From Pseudomonadota bacterium (lineage in GTDB: Bacteria > Pseudomonadota > Gammaproteobacteria > Acidiferrobacterales > Acidiferrobacteraceae), in the NCBI GenBank assembly GCA_021819245.1, contig JAKARI010000007.1, positions 5,525 through 69,524 of the forward strand: 64,000 bases of DNA. The letters are read 5' to 3'. The notes under the pieces were generated by a model that made no database searches, was not told where the DNA came from, and saw only the letters and a list, made by a program, of their open reading frames with translations. The first letter of the stretch is position 1. Every line of letters starts with the position of its first letter. Positions 59,161-64,000 of the stretch are shown here, in pieces. Both the position numbers and the translations under genes were made by a program.

Positions 59161-61974
59161 ATGCTATTACGGAACTGGAAAACGCATGTCTTGTTGGGCC
59201 TGACGGGCATTGTCCTGGCATGCGCATCGCAGGCGCGTCTCGTCCCGATCGCGTTCTACTATGGCGCCCATCCCCCGCGTCACTCCCTTGAGGCCTTTCA
59301 CTGGGTCGTAGTGCAGCCTCGTGCGCGCTTTTCGCCGCGCCGTTTCGACAAGGGCGGCCGCCTGGCATTCGCCTATGCGAGCGTTGGGGAGGCCGCGCCG
59401 GGCGAATACGCGCACATCCCGTCACGCTGCATCCTGGGCACGGACCGCGCCTGGGGCACCGCGATCCTCAATGAGACCCACCAGAGCTGCCGGGCGCAAT
59501 TCCTTCACAATGTCCTGGCGCCGCTCTGGCGACAGGGGTATCGGGGTTTTTTCCTAGACGACCTCGATGCCTATCGTCAAGTGGCCGCAACCGCCTCCGC
59601 GCGGGCACGCCAGCGTAAGGGCCTGATCCGGCTGATCCGGGCGATCAAGGCCGCCCATCCCGGAGCGCGCCTTATCCTCAACCGCGGCTTTAGCCTTTTG
59701 CCCGCCGTCCATACGCTGGTCTCGGCGGTCGCCGCCGAGTCGCTGTTTGACGGCTGGGACCAGAAGGCGGGGCGCTATCTGCCGGTCCCGCAGGGCAGGC
59801 GCCAGCGCCTCCTGCAAAAGCTCTTCGCCGCCCGAAGGCTCGGACTGCCGGTGATCGGCATCGACTATCTGCCGCCGCGCAAACGCCGCCAGGCGATCGC
59901 CGATGCTTCCCGCATCGCGGCCCTCGGGATCAGTCCTTACGTCACGAATGGGCGGCTCTCGATGCTGGGAGTCGGCACGCGCCACGTCATGCCCCGCAAG
60001 ATCCTCATGCTCTATAGCGGGCCCCAGGATCCTCAGCATACCTCGCTCAACTGGTATGTCGCGATGCCGCTCAATTACATGGGCTACAGCACGCATATCG
60101 AGAATGTGGCCGACGGCCTGCCGCACGGCACGCTGGCGGGACGCTATGCCGGCATCGTGACGTGGTTCGAAAATGACCACGTGCCGCAGGGGGCGGTGGT
60201 CTATCGCTTTCTGCGCCGCCAGATGAAAGACCATGTGCCGGTGGCCATTCTCGGCAGTTTTGGATTCGCCGCCAACGCCGGGCATCTGCACCGGCTGGGC
60301 CTGTCGGTTGGACGCATCCCGCGCGGCCTGGTGGCCAACCATGTGGCATCGCTCGATCACCGCTACATCGGCTTCGAGACCCGCCCGGTGGCCTCAGCCC
60401 CCAACAATTTCCTGCCGCTTGGCATACGTAAAGGCCGCTCGTTGCTCACCCTTCAGGATGCGCATGGACAGATCGAGGACGCCGCGGGGCTTACCCCCTG
60501 GGGCGGCTATGTGCTGTCACCGGACGTCGTGAACTATCTCGGCGCCGTGCCCAGCCGCAAGGGCAAGGCCCCGGCGGCGTGGATAGTCAACCCGTTTCGG
60601 TTCCTGCGCGCAGCCCTTAGGCTGCCTGCCATGCCGGTACCGGACACCACCACCGAAAGCGGGCGGCGCATGCTCATGGCGCAGATCGACGGCGATGGCT
60701 TCGCCAACAAGAGCTGGATCTACCGCTATCGCGACCGCTACGCCGGCTGGGTGATTTACAAGCAGATCTTGCAAAAAACCGACCTCCCCACGGCCGCCTC
60801 CTTCATCGTCTCGTACTACACGCCGCACGGGCTGTTCCCGAAGGCCGCCGCGCGGCTTACCGCGATCGCGCGCCGTATCGCGGCCCTGCCATGGGTCGAG
60901 ATCGCCTCGCATACCTTCTCGCACCCCTTCAACTGGCCAGCGCTCGAACACGACCCCGCGCTCATGGGGCATAAGGGCGACATGCGCTATGGCTATGCCC
61001 TCAAGGTCCCGGGCTACACCCGCTTTAGCGCGCACAAAGAGATCGGCTGGGCGATCCGCTGGATAAACCGCCACATCGCGCCCCCCGGCAAGCGCGTGCG
61101 CCTCCTCCAGTGGTCCGGGGATTGCGATCCCGACGCCCGGGTGCTGGCGTTGAGCTATCAGGCCCATGTGCAAAACCTAAACGGCGGCGGGGCCACCGAG
61201 ACCTATGCCGAGCCGTTCGTCACCAAGGTGCGCGGCCTTGGGATCTATAAAGGCCGATATTTCCAGGTCTACGCGCCCATGCAGGATGAGAATGTCTATA
61301 CCCACAGCTGGTCGAGCCCGTTCTACTATGGGTATGTTCGCGCGATTCAGACATTCAAGCTGACCGACAGCCCCAGGCGCCTAAAACCCCTCGACATCTA
61401 TTACCACTTCTATTCGGGGGCGCGGGTCGCGGGCCTGCGCGCCTTGCGCACGGTCATCGCCTGGGCCCTGCGGCAGCGCACGGATCCGGTGTTCCCGTCG
61501 CAGTTTACGCGCATCGCCGTGGATTTCGGGCACGCGGTTATCGCCCGGGGGGCGCGCAGCTGGTATGTCAGCGCCGCCGGCGCAGACCGGGAATGGCGCA
61601 TCCCGGTGCGCATGGGTTATCCGCGCCTGCGCGGGACAAGCGGGCTTGCCGGCTTCGACCGCCACGGTAGTGTGCGCTACATCCACATCACCCCCCAGCC
61701 GGGGGGCGCGCCGCTACGGATCCGCCTGACACAAATGCGCCCGCGCGTCCCTTACGTCCATGACGCCAATGCCACGATCACCGCGGCAGCCTACCAAGGC
61801 GGGGATTTGGCGTTTACCTTGCGCGGCAACATGCCGCTTCATTTCCGGCTTGCCAATGCCGGCGGCTGCCGGGTCCGCGAGGGTAAAGACCTGATCTCGG
61901 GACTCGCCACCGGGTCGCTGATGACATATCACCTGGAGACCCACCATGGTCACTTCACGGTCCGCTGTCCCTGA
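59161..61974 (+). CDS. pelA: PelA-like bifunctional glycoside hydrolase / polysaccharide deacetylase
   Basis: Start MLLRNWKTHVLLGLTGIVLACASQA (signal peptide, possible lipobox VLAC). N-terminal GH114/PelA-hydrolase-like TIM region (GFFLDDLD, AAESLF). CE4 deacetylase motifs AQIDGDGF and ASHTFSHP. About 937 aa, comparable to PelA. Confidence 0.75.
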   Translation: MLLRNWKTHVLLGLTGIVLACASQARLVPIAFYYGAHPPRHSLEAFHWVVVQPRARFSPRRFDKGGRLAFAYASVGEAAPGEYAHIPSRCILGTDRAWGTAILNETHQSCRAQFLHNVLAPLWRQGYRGFFLDDLDAYRQVAATASARARQRKGLIRLIRAIKAAHPGARLILNRGFSLLPAVHTLVSAVAAESLFDGWDQKAGRYLPVPQGRRQRLLQKLFAARRLGLPVIGIDYLPPRKRRQAIADASRIAALGISPYVTNGRLSMLGVGTRHVMPRKILMLYSGPQDPQHTSLNWYVAMPLNYMGYSTHIENVADGLPHGTLAGRYAGIVTWFENDHVPQGAVVYRFLRRQMKDHVPVAILGSFGFAANAGHLHRLGLSVGRIPRGLVANHVASLDHRYIGFETRPVASAPNNFLPLGIRKGRSLLTLQDAHGQIEDAAGLTPWGGYVLSPDVVNYLGAVPSRKGKAPAAWIVNPFRFLRAALRLPAMPVPDTTTESGRRMLMAQIDGDGFANKSWIYRYRDRYAGWVIYKQILQKTDLPTAASFIVSYYTPHGLFPKAAARLTAIARRIAALPWVEIASHTFSHPFNWPALEHDPALMGHKGDMRYGYALKVPGYTRFSAHKEIGWAIRWINRHIAPPGKRVRLLQWSGDCDPDARVLALSYQAHVQNLNGGGATETYAEPFVTKVRGLGIYKGRYFQVYAPMQDENVYTHSWSSPFYYGYVRAIQTFKLTDSPRRLKPLDIYYHFYSGARVAGLRALRTVIAWALRQRTDPVFPSQFTRIAVDFGHAVIARGARSWYVSAAGADREWRIPVRMGYPRLRGTSGLAGFDRHGSVRYIHITPQPGGAPLRIRLTQMRPRVPYVHDANATITAAAYQGGDLAFTLRGNMPLHFRLANAGGCRVREGKDLISGLATGSLMTYHLETHHGHFTVRCP

Positions 61975-62806
61975 GACCGCGCGCGAACGCCTGGCGCCGC
62001 CGTCGCTCGTAGTCGGCCTTGCGCTCGGCATCGTGCTGACCCTCGTGCTGCTCTTTAATCCCGCATCCATTCTGCGGCGCATCGCGCGTTCGCATGCGCC
62101 CGCAGTCGACCTCTATTTCGCAAAGGCCGCGGCGCACCACACCCATAGCGACGCCATGATGCTGCTGCTCGCGCGCGAGGAGGTCGCCACGGGGCATGAC
62201 TTTGCGGCGCTGCGCGCGCTCGCGCCGCTCATGAAGCGCAATGTTAGCCCCGCTTATCGAAAGCATCTGCTGTGGCTTTATTACCGCGATCTTCTGGCGA
62301 TGAACGCCCGCTATCCCCGGGGAAGCGCGGAGCGCGAACGCAATGAGGCGGCCCTGCGCCGGCTCATTGCGAAACTGCGCCGCAAGGCGGGAGAGCAGAC
62401 GCTCTTTGCGCTCGCGCGCGAGGCGATAGCGATTCATGATACGCGCGCGGCAATTGCCATCTATCTCGGTCTTGCCCGCCATGATCGCACGCACCGCGCG
62501 CCCTTCTATGCCCTGGCGGCGTCCGCCACCTCGGGCCTCCACCGGCCACGCGAGGCGGCGCGATTTGAGTTCATGGCGCAACGCTATGCGCCCACGAGGG
62601 CCGCCGAGGCCCGCTATTTCCTGGCGGCCCTGCGGATCCTGCAGAGCCATGACCTCGTAGCGGCCGCAGTCGCCGAGGGCGGCCGCCACCTGGGCGATCT
62701 CGCGAAAGACCGCGCGATCCTAAGGCGTATGATCGTGCTCGCGCGGGCCGCCAACGAACCACGGGTCGCGGCACGCTACGCCCGGCGCCTGTTGGGCATG
62801 ACATGA
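61946..62806 (+). CDS. inner-membrane-anchored helical-repeat (TPR-like) protein
   Basis: 286 aa. One TM (LVVGLALGIVLTLVLLF) followed by Ala/Arg/Leu-rich helical repeats. Overlaps the pelA end by 29 nt, and its stop overlaps the next start (ATGA). Confidence 0.5.
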   Translation: MVTSRSAVPETARERLAPPSLVVGLALGIVLTLVLLFNPASILRRIARSHAPAVDLYFAKAAAHHTHSDAMMLLLAREEVATGHDFAALRALAPLMKRNVSPAYRKHLLWLYYRDLLAMNARYPRGSAERERNEAALRRLIAKLRRKAGEQTLFALAREAIAIHDTRAAIAIYLGLARHDRTHRAPFYALAASATSGLHRPREAARFEFMAQRYAPTRAAEARYFLAALRILQSHDLVAAAVAEGGRHLGDLAKDRAILRRMIVLARAANEPRVAARYARRLLGMT

Positions 62807-64000
62807 GCCGGCATCGCGCGCGAAGGTTTCTCGCCTGGGGCACGGCGCTTACCGCCGCAGTCGTGCCCTGGCCTGCGGCCCGGGCTGCCCACCCATCGCA
62901 CGGCGGCGGGCTGCCGCGCGCGCCGTTTAGTCAGCGCGACTATCTCTTGTCATACCGGGTGTTCTTAAACGCCGGGCATGTGCAAGCGGCCTACCGCGTC
63001 GCCGAGGTGGCCGTGGAAGACCTGCCGGACGCGATTGCGTGGCGACGGCGGCTTGCGCGCACGGCCTTATGGACCGGACATGATCATACCGCGCTGCGTG
63101 CCATGGTCTACCTCGCGCGCCATGGGGACAATGCCTACCTCAAGCCCGCCTGGACGCTCGCAAGCGGGCTGTCGGCGTTCACGCGCCTGACCGAACTGCT
63201 CGATCTGCGCCTGGAACGCCACCCCAACGCGCCGACACTGATCGAAGAGATGAGCAGCCTCTACCAGATCCAGGGCCATCCGCACCGCGCCATCGCCTGG
63301 CTTGAGGGGGCCATGCGCAAAGATCCCCATCGGCGCTACCTCTGGTCGATCATAACGCTCGACACGAGCCTCGGCGCGCAAGGGCCGGAACTTGCGGCGC
63401 TGCGGGAGTACGCGCGCCGCTATGGCGCGACGTCCCGCGTACTGCTGACCGAGGCCTCGCTCTTTTACCGCCGCGGCCATGTCGGCCGCGCCTATCGCCT
63501 GCTGGCCGCGCACGCCCACACGGTGTCCACCCGTCACTTCAGCTATTACCACACCCTGGGCGAACTCGCCTGGATGCGCCAGGATTTTGCCACCGCGCGC
63601 GCGGCGGCCGAGGCCCTCTATACCCGCGGTACGGCCACGCAAGATGATCTCGCGCACCTCGTGCTCCTCAAAGAATACCGCCACCCGCAGGGCGCCTATC
63701 TGCTGGCCCTGGCCGGGTTTGGGCGCTACCACGCCCCGGTGTTCTTCTTTTCCATGCTGGGCATCGCCGAACGCCTGCACTCCCGCACGCTGCTGGGCGA
63801 GACCTTTGCGCAGGTCCACGCCGATGACGACGCGAAACTGATCCATAACCCCTATTTCTGGACCGGACTCGCCCATTACTGGACTGTCGAGAAACGTGAC
63901 CACAAGGCCGAGCAGATCTACCGCCAAGCGTTGCGGCATTTCCCGCAGAGCACCGCGATCCTCGGCTCCTATCTCTGGTTTTTCGTCGGTACCGGCCGCG
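62803..64000 (+). CDS. PelB-like periplasmic TPR protein (5' partial, runs off the window)
   Basis: Not in the ORF track. My hand translation from ATG 62803 stays open for 399 codons to the window end. Signal peptide MSRHRARRFLAWGTALTAAVVPWPAARA. TPR-like repeats (AYRVAEVAV..., AIAWLEGAMRKDP..., AEQIYRQALRHFP). Confidence 0.6.
   Translation, partial: MSRHRARRFLAWGTALTAAVVPWPAARAAHPSHGGGLPRAPFSQRDYLLSYRVFLNAGHVQAAYRVAEVAVEDLPDAIAWRRRLARTALWTGHDHTALRAMVYLARHGDNAYLKPAWTLASGLSAFTRLTELLDLRLERHPNAPTLIEEMSSLYQIQGHPHRAIAWLEGAMRKDPHRRYLWSIITLDTSLGAQGPELAALREYARRYGATSRVLLTEASLFYRRGHVGRAYRLLAAHAHTVSTRHFSYYHTLGELAWMRQDFATARAAAEALYTRGTATQDDLAHLVLLKEYRHPQGAYLLALAGFGRYHAPVFFFSMLGIAERLHSRTLLGETFAQVHADDDAKLIHNPYFWTGLAHYWTVEKRDHKAEQIYRQALRHFPQSTAILGSYLWFFVGTGR

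Overview
High-GC (roughly two-thirds GC) proteobacterial chromosome segment. The tig-clpP-clpX-lon-hupB-tRNA-ppiD synteny looks gammaproteobacterial. It is almost all core metabolism and housekeeping. No rRNA, CRISPR array, transposase, integrase or phage genes were seen. (1) 0-25.4 kb is a dense glycogen and central-carbon supercluster: pgm, ppk2, gpmI, an AhpD-signature protein, PDH-type E1a/E1b/E2, a pta-like gene, a single-Cys Nox/CoADR-type flavoprotein, a degenerate frame-disrupted enolase paralog, glgP, malQ, glgC, pgi, gnd-like, glk and glgA. (2) The most unusual structure is at 21.8-24.2 kb. An 833-bp lower-GC PIN-toxin/Phd-antitoxin cassette sits between two otherwise 100% identical direct copies (829 and 700 bp) of the convergently overlapping glk/glgA junction. 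One intact glk, one intact glgA and a fragment of each remain. (3) 25.5-39.4 kb holds a c-type cytochrome, a BI-1/YccA protein, a small membrane protein missing from the ORF track, ybiB-cbiX, a GAF-GGDEF-EAL protein, a hydrolase, about 970 bp with no convincing gene, an MFS transporter, a methyltransferase-rnhA-dnaQ operon, gloB, mltD and fabI. (4) 39.5-51.5 kb holds ppiD, tRNA-Asp, tRNA-Val, hupB, lon, clpX, clpP, tig, tRNA-Leu, purC and htpG. (5) 51.6-64 kb holds a PAS-GGDEF-EAL sensor, TauE, an OMP, a sulfotransferase-like gene coupled to a GT9 glycosyltransferase, and a Pel-like exopolysaccharide locus (pelA, a TM/TPR gene, a pelB-like gene) that runs off the window. Many long antisense ORFs in the track are GC-driven shadow ORFs. 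Several track ORFs are over-extended at the N-terminus. I found no clear-cut new system. The TA-plus-duplication structure, the AhpD/PDH-type operon and the pelA leader are the best leads.
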